Part shown: positions 26,432 through 35,759 of the stretch, in pieces | Numbering within the stretch: the stretch's first letter is position 1 | Layout: each line of letters opens with the position of its first letter | Sequence record: NC_017972.1 | DNA length: 64,000 nt | Reading direction: 5' to 3' (one strand) | Made by a program: the position numbers and the translations under genes | The notes under the pieces: model-generated | What the model was told of the DNA's origin: nothing | Seen by the model: only the letters and a program-made list of their open reading frames with translations | The model's database searches: none

Positions 26432-27227
26432 CATTTCGCAGCGCTTTGAAAAAGCGGGTGACTTCTATCTGCTGGATGACGTGGATTTACGTGGTGGTTT
26501 TCGCGTTGTAACTTCCATCGCAGAACGTGATGCAATCCCGCTCCCGGCGCGTAAGCAAGGCATGGTGGTCCGCGTACTGGATAAAGTCGCAGGCACAACC
26601 GTAAACTATGAATTGCCTTTCGGTAAACCGATTACCAACGCCAACTGGATCGAATGGAAAGTTGGTGCCGGTGGGGATTTCATTCCAACCGCTGGCGGTA
26701 ATCTGGACGGCGAGTTGAAATTGGGCGCAGCTGCAAGCTTCAATTTTGACGACGCACTGAAAGCAGAAATCGTAGATCGGAATTTGCTGTTTACCCCGGT
26801 CGGTACATTCGACCCGGATGATCCTGAGCCGCAGGGCCTTATGGCTTTCGGTAACGAAACAGAAAACACAATCGAAATCAATCCGTGGATTGGTCAGATC
26901 GTGTGTAAAACCGAAGTGGCGCTGGCATCTGACCGCTCGCTGAAAACGGACATTACTCGCATTGAAAACGCGATGAAAATTCTCCGTCGTATGCACGGCT
27001 ACACGTTCCAGAAAATCGGCAATACCGACCGCATGTTTACTGGGTTGATCGCGCAGGAAGTTGCACAGGTTTTCCCCGAGGCGGTGTGCCATTCCACTGA
27101 TGGAAAACTTGCGGTTTACTACGGCAGTTTGGCAGGGCTTTTCGTTGAGTGTTTGACTGACGTGGACGAACGCTTGATCGAGTTTGGCAAACGCCTTGAC
27201 GCGCTGGAAGCAAAAGGCGAAGCATGA
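26421..27227 (+). CDS. Short tail fibre protein with a C-terminal peptidase S74 intramolecular chaperone
   Basis: SDRSLKTDI...GYTF...GLIAQEVAQVFPEAV...YGSLAGLFVE; GTG start with a GGAGG RBS. Confidence 0.85.
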   Translation: MATSISQRFEKAGDFYLLDDVDLRGGFRVVTSIAERDAIPLPARKQGMVVRVLDKVAGTTVNYELPFGKPITNANWIEWKVGAGGDFIPTAGGNLDGELKLGAAASFNFDDALKAEIVDRNLLFTPVGTFDPDDPEPQGLMAFGNETENTIEINPWIGQIVCKTEVALASDRSLKTDITRIENAMKILRRMHGYTFQKIGNTDRMFTGLIAQEVAQVFPEAVCHSTDGKLAVYYGSLAGLFVECLTDVDERLIEFGKRLDALEAKGEA

Positions 27228-27691
27228 GCTGCGTTTATCCGCCAAGCTCAATATTTAAGGTCGTAGACGCTGACACGGTAAATGCTGGAAAAATGCCGGG
27301 CGTCGTTAGCGGACCAGAAATTATGCAGGTAGGTGAATCCTCCTGCACAACACGTTACGCAAGTATGGCTGCGCGGCTGCAACAAGATATTCTGATCGCC
27401 CATAACCAAACGTTTATGGGATTGGAAATGCCGCAGTTTGTCGTGTTGGCGCACAACTGGGAATACGATAATCCCGACTTCACTATCTCGCAGCATCTGC
27501 ACGAATACGTAGAGTTTCGTGATATTTCCTTGGGCTACCCAATGATGATGAACGCCTATCTGTACGTCACGGATTTGGCTGCGTTCGGATTGCCGGAAAA
27601 TCTCACCGAAACCGACGTGCTGAATAGCGCATTGCGCAACGCGAAGCGCATAACTTATATCGTCGCCAACACGGACCTAGACAATGGCTAA
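27224..27691 (+). CDS. Hypothetical protein (155 aa)
   Basis: ORF with overlapping start and stop junctions on both sides. Confidence 0.7.
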   Translation: MSCVYPPSSIFKVVDADTVNAGKMPGVVSGPEIMQVGESSCTTRYASMAARLQQDILIAHNQTFMGLEMPQFVVLAHNWEYDNPDFTISQHLHEYVEFRDISLGYPMMMNAYLYVTDLAAFGLPENLTETDVLNSALRNAKRITYIVANTDLDNG

Positions 27692-29012
27692 CTATCGATA
27701 CGTCGGCGATGCCGATCTGGTGTATGAGGATGCAAACGACGAATACAATTTGGTCATTGTTTTGGGCGACCGCTTTAGCATGTATCGCCACGGCCAAGTC
27801 TACGTCGTGCATCACGAATCTGATTCAAAAATCACGTTCAAACTGACACTGAAAGAGGGCCGCGCCCTTGAGCGTGCCAGTGAAGAAACGCTGAGTGTAA
27901 TGCCTGATCCAGACAATCCGCCCTACATGATGTTCCAGCCGAAATTTGAAATGGTCCCGCTGCTTTACGACTATTTCAACCGCACGTATTTCAACAACGT
28001 GTGCCCGGTTGTGAAATTCCGCAAATCGAATAACTCTTCGATTTGGGGTATGGCCGAACTGAACTGGGTTCGTGGCAAACCAGTTTACACGTTCCACATT
28101 AACGAATCGTCGATGATCGACCGCGTGTTGTTTACCAACACAATTCTGCATGAAATGATTCACCTGTTTAACTATGCTAAAGGCGCAGCGCTGCTGAGTC
28201 TCGATGCGAAGAAAGGTATGGAATTCATTCACGCGAACCACGGTCCGTTGTTCGTTTCTGAAATGAACCGTTTGAACGGGCAAGGCTTCCACATTATCAA
28301 GGAAGGTACGCACGAAGAATTCAAGCGAAATGCAACCGAAGAATTCCATATCATTATTGCCCGTGTGCTGGCCGGTAAAACCGTTACGCAATGGGCCGCG
28401 TGGTACACACAAAACAGTTTCAAACGCGAAGACCTCGACCGCCTGTGCGCAGGCCTGAAAGATCAGTGGCCTACAGCGGAATTCGATTTGAAAATGGGCA
28501 CCACAACCGACCGCAAACTTACGTCGGGCACCACGCACGTAAAAGGCACGAATACATTTACCGCAGCGTCGCTCAAGAAATTCTTTAAAGGCGAACCTAA
28601 TCTGTCAGAAGTTCACATTTTGGATACCGCGCATATTCTGCCGAGTACCAATGTGATCCTGCCTGAATTCAAAGAAATGCCTGAAAACTACGCGATGCCG
28701 TTCAACATGTTCTGCCGGGCAATGCGCACCTACACTTCCGACCACATGGTACTCAAAGCCAAGTGGATGAAAATGCCGATGCGGATGCTTAATCAGCAAG
28801 TGCAGTTCAAGTTCCAGACGCTGATTGGCCGCATGAATCGCGGTTCCATTCCAGACGCGGATATCGTGAACAACTTGAACGATATTCGCATGTCGTATGA
28901 CGAGCGTGTTTCGCACGAAGCGTACCGCAAAATCATGGCGGACTTTATCAAAGAGTTTGACCGAAAAGGTCATCTTGCGCCTTACGCAAAAATCATGCAG
29001 TTGGTGGTCTAA
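27684..29012 (+). CDS. SprT-like zinc metalloprotease domain protein
   Basis: YDYFNRTYF...TILHEMIHL...HGPLF: HExxH plus the distal His of the SprT family. Confidence 0.8.
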   Translation: MANYRYVGDADLVYEDANDEYNLVIVLGDRFSMYRHGQVYVVHHESDSKITFKLTLKEGRALERASEETLSVMPDPDNPPYMMFQPKFEMVPLLYDYFNRTYFNNVCPVVKFRKSNNSSIWGMAELNWVRGKPVYTFHINESSMIDRVLFTNTILHEMIHLFNYAKGAALLSLDAKKGMEFIHANHGPLFVSEMNRLNGQGFHIIKEGTHEEFKRNATEEFHIIIARVLAGKTVTQWAAWYTQNSFKREDLDRLCAGLKDQWPTAEFDLKMGTTTDRKLTSGTTHVKGTNTFTAASLKKFFKGEPNLSEVHILDTAHILPSTNVILPEFKEMPENYAMPFNMFCRAMRTYTSDHMVLKAKWMKMPMRMLNQQVQFKFQTLIGRMNRGSIPDADIVNNLNDIRMSYDERVSHEAYRKIMADFIKEFDRKGHLAPYAKIMQLVV

Positions 29013-29566
29013 TGGCATATACACGACGGAAGCGAAAACCCAAGGTTCCCAAGCCGCAAGCAATTAACAATGCGCGACCAGCGGACGGAAAGAAATCCCG
29101 AAAGGACGTGACTGAGGCGCTGTATGAAGCAGTCATGTATTATTTCGTGAAGAAAACCTGTAGCGTCCATAAGGAAGTGGGCGTCGAACCTTGGGGCAGG
29201 CGTAGGCTGGATGCGCTGGTAATTGATTACCCCGGCAACCTTACTGGGGTGGAAATTAAAAGTTGCTTGGCAGACTTTCGTTCCGATAAGAAATGGCGCA
29301 ATTATCTGCCGTACACAAATCAGCTTTATTTCTGCTTTGCACCTGAGCTGACAAAGAGCCGCTGCTACCCTGAAATCCGCAAGGAATTGAAAGAGGCGGG
29401 CGTAGGCATTCTGGTGCTGTCGGAAACCGGGCGAATTGTTTGCAGCCAGAAGGCAAAACGCCGTCTCGTTTCTATCGTGTATAAATATCAACTCTTTAGA
29501 AAACTCGCTTGGCGCGAAGGCGACTCAAAGCGAAACATTCATCAGACAAAGCGGGTATATCTGTGA
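29012..29566 (+). CDS. MmcB-like PD-(D/E)XK nuclease
   Basis: RRLDALVI...GVEIKSCLADFRSDKKWRNYLPYTNQLYF. Confidence 0.8.
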   Translation: MAYTRRKRKPKVPKPQAINNARPADGKKSRKDVTEALYEAVMYYFVKKTCSVHKEVGVEPWGRRRLDALVIDYPGNLTGVEIKSCLADFRSDKKWRNYLPYTNQLYFCFAPELTKSRCYPEIRKELKEAGVGILVLSETGRIVCSQKAKRRLVSIVYKYQLFRKLAWREGDSKRNIHQTKRVYL

Positions 29567-30213
29567 AAGGTCTTTTTATTGCGCTGGAATCTCTGGAAGC
29601 TGCTGGCAAAGGAACTGCGACGGATTATGTGGGTGGCTGGGCGCGTCGGCGTGGCCTCGACATGGTATTTACTCGCGAACCGGGCGGCACTGAATTTGCT
29701 GAACCAATCCGGGCGCATATGCTGAGCTGGGAAGGTAAGGTGCCGCCAGCGTGCCAAGCGCTGCTGTCGTATGCGGCCCGCGTAGAGCACACGCAATCGC
29801 ATATCATCCCTAGCCTGAATCGCGGCGCACACGTTTTCACCGAACGTTATTATGCCAGCGCCCTCGCTTACCAGACGCAAACCTATGCAGAAACCCAAAA
29901 GGTTCATGATCTTGTTTCGCAATATCTGGTGAAACCGGACCTGACAATCCTGCTGGATATCAGCCCGGAATTGAGTCTAGAGCGGATGCAGAAATCTCGC
30001 GTAGAGCGCGGCATCGAGCTGGACGAGTTTGAAAAGAAACCAATTGAATATTTCCGGGGCGTGCGTGACGCCTACTATGCGCAGATTGACGATTCGTGGG
30101 CGATTGTTGACGCCTCGCAACCTCTGCCAGAAGTGGAGCGGCAAATTCTCGCAATCCTCGACAAAAAGCTGGGGTTAACAAATGAAGCTGTATCTAACCA
30201 CTGCGTCGGCTAA
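29563..30213 (+). CDS. tmk: Thymidylate kinase
   Basis: FIALESLEAAGKGT, TREPGGT, ERYYASALAYQ, PDLTILLD; GTG start. Confidence 0.92.
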   Translation: MKGLFIALESLEAAGKGTATDYVGGWARRRGLDMVFTREPGGTEFAEPIRAHMLSWEGKVPPACQALLSYAARVEHTQSHIIPSLNRGAHVFTERYYASALAYQTQTYAETQKVHDLVSQYLVKPDLTILLDISPELSLERMQKSRVERGIELDEFEKKPIEYFRGVRDAYYAQIDDSWAIVDASQPLPEVERQILAILDKKLGLTNEAVSNHCVG

Positions 30214-30607
30214 AAAGTATTTGAAAGGTGGGCAGATTGTCCGCCTCGAAAAGAATTATCCGTACATTCGCGACCTCGGTTCTCGCCTGCTGAGACTGCC
30301 GATAATCAAACGCGGAAATTTTGTGGACAAGCTTCCACAGAGTGACGACGCGCTGATCGCCTTTGCACAGCAACGGAAATTCGATCTGTACTACGGCTAC
30401 AAAATCTGTAAATTAAATGGAAGGGACAGCCTATTGGCGTCCCTTTTGTGCGTTGATAAGAGCGGCTGTGTGGTCGAAGACAAGTCCAGCCGCCTCGACA
30501 ACACGTCCTGCTACGTCGGCATTAAGGTGCCAGAAGCGGACATTAAATCGCGAACTTACGCAACAAAATTCAGTCGCGCGGACTATCTGCCAAAGGGTTA
30601 TCAATGA
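30182..30607 (+). CDS. Hypothetical protein with a tag-like N-terminus (MKLYLTTA)
   Basis: First member of the N-terminal motif array. Confidence 0.7.
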   Translation: MKLYLTTASAKKYLKGGQIVRLEKNYPYIRDLGSRLLRLPIIKRGNFVDKLPQSDDALIAFAQQRKFDLYYGYKICKLNGRDSLLASLLCVDKSGCVVEDKSSRLDNTSCYVGIKVPEADIKSRTYATKFSRADYLPKGYQ

Positions 30608-32289
30608 ACGTTCATATTGCTGTTGCGGCGGCATCCGCGCCCGGTAGTGCGGACGCATTTATCAAGCTTCTGGTCGCCATTTACAAGGCGCCCGAATACA
30701 ACTACGGCACCAACTTTTGCACCAAAATGCAGAAATGGCTGGAACAAGCGCAGCCCTTTATTGACCATTACAACATGAAGCGCGTATTCGCTAAAACGCT
30801 GAGCCTGTTGGTTGCCGGTGAAGACGTTGCTGACGAGAAATATTCGCTGATTGTTAACGGCTGTTTTGACACGCTGAAAGCCAAGAAAAAGTCGTTTGAT
30901 AAAGACTCCAGCCTGAGCAAACAGCAACTGCAATTCCTGACCGACGTGCGCCTTGCCCGCAACGGTTCGGAAGCGGCGACCAAGCGCCTGATGCAGCACG
31001 CTGGATACTTCAAAGATTCGCATATCTCGAAAATGTTCCTGCATGAAGACGAACACACCGAGACGACCACGCAAGATGCGTTGTATCAGAGGCTTGAAGA
31101 GCATGTGAAAAAGTACGGCAAGGTGAAAGGCAATGTCATGCCGGAAACCGTGCTGGAAGCGTGGCGAGAAAAAGCGAAGAAACTCGGCAACAACCTGACC
31201 GAGCATCAAGAATATCTGGACATGCGCCGCCAGCGTAAAGCCATTGCCGATAAAGCAATTGCCAACATCGTGCGGGCGTCGGGTGAACACATTGTCGATG
31301 TGGATGTAATCCGCAATCAAATGGGCAACGTGCAGTACGATATTCCTGAATGGTTCGTCGGCAAGATGGACGACAAAGGAAACTACTACACGACCGATGG
31401 TTTGCAACTGCTGAATAAACCAGTTGGTGCGGGTTCGATGAACAAGAACTACACGCCGGGTTCCACGGTTTATTACTGCCAGTACAAGGCCCCGTTTGCC
31501 CAATCGACCACGAACGTTTACACAATTGCAGCGCGTACCGAAGGCCGTGTGCAATCGTTCAACATCGTGCAAGACATGCTGCCTGACCTGCAAAAATATG
31601 TGCGGAAATGGCTTCCTGATTTGGCGAAAGGTCCGGGTTCGCTGCGTGGCGTTGCTGCCGCCGTGTGTGAAATCATTTATCAGACCAGTGCGCGTATCGG
31701 TTCGACCCGTGCGGCCACTGCTGGCGAAACCACTTACGGTATTTCCACGCTGCTGCGCAAGCATCTGAATTTCAATGATCAGCGCGTGATCATGAAATAC
31801 TTGGGCAAGAAGGCCGGTGCGCAAAAGCATGTGATCAAATTCAATGATCAACGGACCGAGATTCTGCATGGCGTTCTGGTGGAATTCCTGCACGAATTGA
31901 AACCGGCGAATCATGTGTTTACTTTCCGTGGCAAGCCGCTGTCGAACTCGCAGGTGAACGGCTATCTGCGCGACCTCGGATTCCCCGAAGGATTTACGAT
32001 TCACAAGTTCCGCAAATTGCGGGGTACGGCGATGGCTAAAGCGCTTATGGATAAATGCCCGTTCGGTGCCCGCGCACGCGAAGCCGACGTAAACAAATGG
32101 ATCGAAACTCAGTGCTTGAAAATCGGTAAAGAGCTGGGCCATATGAGCGGGGAAAACGTGACCGCAACTACGGCCATTGCAAACTACATCGACCCGTCTG
32201 TTTTCCTGCCGGTCTACGAGAAAACCAATACTCGCCCGAACAGCAAAATTCAGAAGGCCATTGACCTCGCCACGAAGAGTACAGAATAA
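30604..32289 (+). CDS. DNA topoisomerase IB-like protein with a long N-terminal extension (tag MNVHIAVA)
   Basis: SARIG, YGISTLLRKH, YLGKK, VNGYL, HKFRK, LGH and NYIDP carry the R-K-R-H-Y pentad. Confidence 0.82.
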   Translation: MNVHIAVAAASAPGSADAFIKLLVAIYKAPEYNYGTNFCTKMQKWLEQAQPFIDHYNMKRVFAKTLSLLVAGEDVADEKYSLIVNGCFDTLKAKKKSFDKDSSLSKQQLQFLTDVRLARNGSEAATKRLMQHAGYFKDSHISKMFLHEDEHTETTTQDALYQRLEEHVKKYGKVKGNVMPETVLEAWREKAKKLGNNLTEHQEYLDMRRQRKAIADKAIANIVRASGEHIVDVDVIRNQMGNVQYDIPEWFVGKMDDKGNYYTTDGLQLLNKPVGAGSMNKNYTPGSTVYYCQYKAPFAQSTTNVYTIAARTEGRVQSFNIVQDMLPDLQKYVRKWLPDLAKGPGSLRGVAAAVCEIIYQTSARIGSTRAATAGETTYGISTLLRKHLNFNDQRVIMKYLGKKAGAQKHVIKFNDQRTEILHGVLVEFLHELKPANHVFTFRGKPLSNSQVNGYLRDLGFPEGFTIHKFRKLRGTAMAKALMDKCPFGARAREADVNKWIETQCLKIGKELGHMSGENVTATTAIANYIDPSVFLPVYEKTNTRPNSKIQKAIDLATKSTE

Positions 32290-32290
32290 A

Positions 32291-32569
32291 ATGAAAATCA
32301 TGCTCGCTACTGCCGCCGAACCTGTTTACTCGGTTGATAAACTACCGAAAGGCTCCAAAGTTATCGGCTACGAAGTTTACCGCCAAGGCACTAAAAACCT
32401 GCTGGGCAAAGGCGCTGCCGGTACTGCGAAACAGGCAATTAAACGTATCGATTTTCATGCGAATACCGGCATGACGGTTGACCTTGCGATTATCGCAATG
32501 GACGGCGAACACAAAATCAGCTTAACAGAAGCGTACAAGCTGAAAGATACCGGTGCCGTAAAAGTTTAA
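32291..32569 (+). CDS. Small protein with tag MKIMLATA
   Basis: ATG at 32291, one base after the upstream stop. Confidence 0.7.
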   Translation: MKIMLATAAEPVYSVDKLPKGSKVIGYEVYRQGTKNLLGKGAAGTAKQAIKRIDFHANTGMTVDLAIIAMDGEHKISLTEAYKLKDTGAVKV

Positions 32570-32596
32570 TCAATTCGCCCCGAAGAGCAAAAGCAA

Positions 32597-32983
32597 ATGG
32601 ACATATACGAAAACGGCGTATGTATTGGTCATGCTGATGAACCGGGTGAACGCGGGCCTGCTGGTGTGGCCGGTATGCCGGGGGCAGATTGGAATGAGGG
32701 GAAGGGCGGCGACAGAGGCCCGTGCGGTCCTGACTGTCACGCGAAATGCAAATGTCGTAAACGCTACGATGTTCTGCTAATTAGCGGCGAAGAGTACGGA
32801 CGCATGATGGCCAAGAAAATGATCGCCGCCATGCAGGAACAAGGCACAGGAATTCACGGTCGGGATTTCGGTCCTGCCGGTCCGTTAGGGATGACTGCCG
32901 CAGATGCAAAACATCATTTGCCGTGGTACGTAGAGCATAATATGCGTGCGCAGCGGCGTGCGCAGAGGAATAAAAAGGTATGA
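32597..32983 (+). CDS. Small protein with short collagen-like G-X-Y stretches (no tag)
   Basis: GERGPAGVAGMPG, GDRGPCGP, GPAGPLG. Confidence 0.65.
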   Translation: MDIYENGVCIGHADEPGERGPAGVAGMPGADWNEGKGGDRGPCGPDCHAKCKCRKRYDVLLISGEEYGRMMAKKMIAAMQEQGTGIHGRDFGPAGPLGMTAADAKHHLPWYVEHNMRAQRRAQRNKKV

Positions 32984-33894
32984 AAATCCAACTGGCACTC
33001 GCCAAGGATCAAGGCTTTGCATTTCACGGCACTAGCTACCGAAATGCAGCCGCGATTATTGAAACCGACAAGCTGCAACTGTCGCAGGTTGCAGGCAAGG
33101 AAGCAGAAGCGCAATTCGCTAAGCATCCTTTCTTTTTGAGTGTGCGTCGCAACCGCCAACTGACTGCGACGAATTTTTATGATGTGACTATCGAATTCAA
33201 AGAGCAGGCGCTGCAATCGCGTATGCAACGGGAATCGGTGGATTACTGGGGCCACGTCGAAGGCAAAGGCAACAGCATCGAACAGGAAGACCGTTATTAC
33301 TACGCGAAACCTATTCTGAAAAACGCTGTTAAACTGATCCGTGCCTTGCATATCAACCTGAACAATTATGATCCGGCGCGTATCGGCTCCGCCATGCGTA
33401 AAATGATCGTGACTGCAAAGAAACTCGGCATTCAGGTTTATCTGTACCGCGACGAAAAAGCCTACAACCGCGTAGACAAGCGCAAGACTGTGCCTCTTTC
33501 CGAAATGGAATACGGTCCAAAAGCCGCGAACATTTTCCGCGAACGAACTGCCGAAGAGGCGGAGCGCGAAGCAGAAGATCAAATGTTCAAAGGTATGCGC
33601 TACAAGCGCGCCCAGTACCCGGAAATCAAGTTCGTTGTGGATATCCTGCACAGCGGTACGGCACCGGAAAACAAAGAAGCGAAATATCAGACCGAACGCT
33701 TTGGCTATCGCCTGTCCGGCCATGAACTTGCTTCGCAGCTGGGCAACATCCTGCATAATGCTTCCCATAGCCCGCACGGCAAAGAGAAACAGTGGGCTGC
33801 ACGCGTTCAAGAATGGATGCGCAAGAATGGGAAAAACGTGGAAGAAACCGCGTACCATATTCGCGAGATTATCCAGCAGAGGGATGGCCGATGA
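32980..33894 (+). CDS. ADP-ribosyltransferase-like protein, paralogue A (tag MKIQLALA)
   Basis: FHGTS, FFLSVRR, VDYW, EQEDR. Confidence 0.6.
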   Translation: MKIQLALAKDQGFAFHGTSYRNAAAIIETDKLQLSQVAGKEAEAQFAKHPFFLSVRRNRQLTATNFYDVTIEFKEQALQSRMQRESVDYWGHVEGKGNSIEQEDRYYYAKPILKNAVKLIRALHINLNNYDPARIGSAMRKMIVTAKKLGIQVYLYRDEKAYNRVDKRKTVPLSEMEYGPKAANIFRERTAEEAEREAEDQMFKGMRYKRAQYPEIKFVVDILHSGTAPENKEAKYQTERFGYRLSGHELASQLGNILHNASHSPHGKEKQWAARVQEWMRKNGKNVEETAYHIREIIQQRDGR

Positions 33895-34067
33895 TCAAGC
33901 CGATTCGTTTGAGTGACCTTAACAAGATTTACGAGAACGAAACGCCAGAGGAAAAGCAAAAGCGTCTGGAAGCAAATCAGGCGCGGCTTGATCGCTGGGT
34001 TAGCGAATGGAAAGCATTCAGGGAAAAACATCCTGACATTGCTGATCGAATGGTGTGCGCCGCATGA
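33891..34067 (+). CDS. Small hypothetical protein (58 aa, no tag)
   Basis: MIKPIRLSDLNKIYE...; ATGA overlaps at both ends. Confidence 0.65.
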   Translation: MIKPIRLSDLNKIYENETPEEKQKRLEANQARLDRWVSEWKAFREKHPDIADRMVCAA

Positions 34068-35011
34068 AAATTCAACTCGCTGTCGCAGGCTCTTCTGTCC
34101 TGTATCACATTACCGAAATGATCAACGCCGTAAGGATTCTGCAAGGGGATAGTTTCATACTGACCCCTACGGCATTGCGCAAGACGGAAATCGTCCACGG
34201 TGGCGGCAAACCTCATTACTTTATGTCGTTTGCTCGCACGCCGCATAACCTGTTCTTCAAAACGAACCAGTCCGGGCGCAACAAAGACTACGTGATTTTT
34301 GTGTGCGACGGGCAGAAACTCGCCTCCAGTTACAAAATCAAACCTGTAGATTTCCTGAGCAATCCAGAATCGGCTGGCGACATTGACGACGAATGGAAGG
34401 GCGGCGACGAAACCGAAGACCGCTTAATCACCACGAAGCACTCCATTCCGGCGATTCGCTATATCAAGGAAATTCACTTTTCCTCCGGTCATGAAGTCGG
34501 TATGACGCCAATGGTTCGCCAGCTGGCGCTGACTGCAAAGCTTCACGATATGAAGCTGTTCCGCTACGAAACTTTTGCCGATTTGATCAAGATGAATCGC
34601 CGAAAAGCTTTGCCTCTGGATATGCGCAAAGCAACGCCGCGCAGACGATTCGGCCAGAAAAAGCGCGATTTTGGCTTGGGGCCTTCTCGCGATTCGCAGC
34701 GGTTCGGCCTCAAAACGTGGTGGCGTGCGCTGAAAATGCCCGTTAAACCCGGCGATAAACAAGCGCAGTTTATGGGCAACACAAAGAATATGGATTCCTA
34801 TTCTTTCCGTGAAGACCTGTGGGAATCCATGTTCGGCGGTGAGGATGGCGGCAAATCCGAGTTCGGCCTAAACATTGCGCGTCGTCGCCTCGGCACCATG
34901 ATTGACACCGGGCGCGCTGATCCATACGGGCAAAAGCTGGTCGAATACATGAAACGCAAAAACATGCAGCCCGCAGAACTCTTCGATCAAATTCGGGATA
35001 GGTGGAAATAA
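34064..35011 (+). CDS. ADP-ribosyltransferase-like protein, paralogue B (tag MKIQLAVA)
   Basis: LYHIT, YFMSFAR, FVCDGQKL, PVDF, ETEDR. Confidence 0.6.
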   Translation: MKIQLAVAGSSVLYHITEMINAVRILQGDSFILTPTALRKTEIVHGGGKPHYFMSFARTPHNLFFKTNQSGRNKDYVIFVCDGQKLASSYKIKPVDFLSNPESAGDIDDEWKGGDETEDRLITTKHSIPAIRYIKEIHFSSGHEVGMTPMVRQLALTAKLHDMKLFRYETFADLIKMNRRKALPLDMRKATPRRRFGQKKRDFGLGPSRDSQRFGLKTWWRALKMPVKPGDKQAQFMGNTKNMDSYSFREDLWESMFGGEDGGKSEFGLNIARRRLGTMIDTGRADPYGQKLVEYMKRKNMQPAELFDQIRDRWK

Positions 35012-35400
35012 TGAGCAAAGATTCTAGCCGTTATGGCGTTGGTCAGGTTGTCTACATGCACCCGGCGGTCGATTCGCTGACCCCTGAGCAGGTTCAAAAA
35101 CACGGTATCATGGCAAAAGTTGTAGGCGTGAATTTCATGGCTACTGCTGTGTCCTATGAGCTGGCGCTGGATGTTGCAGCACCGGGCGCCGAGCCGCAGT
35201 TCTACGAGCAAATTCCTGTCGCCGCTGTGGATTCGTATTTCGTCGTTAGCGCTGCCGATCTTGCCAATCGCGGCGCCGATGAATATCAATCCTATGCCTC
35301 TTCGCGTACCGAACGCAGCGATAAAGAAATTCGCACCTTTGCTTCGCGGTTCCGCATGATTGAATCCGACTTGGCAGAAATGCGAGGCGGCGCACACTGA
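35011..35400 (+). CDS. Small hypothetical protein, possible SH3-like barrel (no tag)
   Basis: YGVGQVVY...AKVVGVNF...SYEL; TAATG coupling. Confidence 0.65.
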   Translation: MSKDSSRYGVGQVVYMHPAVDSLTPEQVQKHGIMAKVVGVNFMATAVSYELALDVAAPGAEPQFYEQIPVAAVDSYFVVSAADLANRGADEYQSYASSRTERSDKEIRTFASRFRMIESDLAEMRGGAH

Positions 35401-35759
35401 TGAAAATCCAGCTAGCGGTTGCGTCCACGGCTTTACCTTATGAGGAAGGGCGTTCGCATGATATTAAAATAGGGGATTCCACTATCTCCTACAGCAAAGG
35501 GTACGGCAATGACTACATAGAGTTGGGTAGTTTGCGCACGCCCGCCTCTAAACGTGGGAACGGTAGTGCGCGAAAAGCAATGGTGGAATTCCTGAAAAGA
35601 ACTGACGCCATGCAAATGGACGTGGAACTGCTAGCCTCCCCTTTGGACAAGAAAACCAAAATTGGAAAGCTTGTGGCGTTTTATCAATCTTTTGGATTTG
35701 AATTGACCGGTAGGCACAACATGGCCTACGAGCCTTATATGCGGAGGCCCCATAAGTGA
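35400..35759 (+). CDS. GNAT acetyltransferase-like protein (tag MKIQLAVA)
   Basis: SKRGNGSARKAM acetyl-CoA loop and LVAFYQSFGF. Confidence 0.75.
   Translation: MKIQLAVASTALPYEEGRSHDIKIGDSTISYSKGYGNDYIELGSLRTPASKRGNGSARKAMVEFLKRTDAMQMDVELLASPLDKKTKIGKLVAFYQSFGFELTGRHNMAYEPYMRRPHK

Noticed and set aside
30604-32289. Integrase call implying a temperate or prophage element
   Set aside because: RIG and YGISTL..H motifs are TopIB-type; no att site, repressor or host flanking genes are visible.
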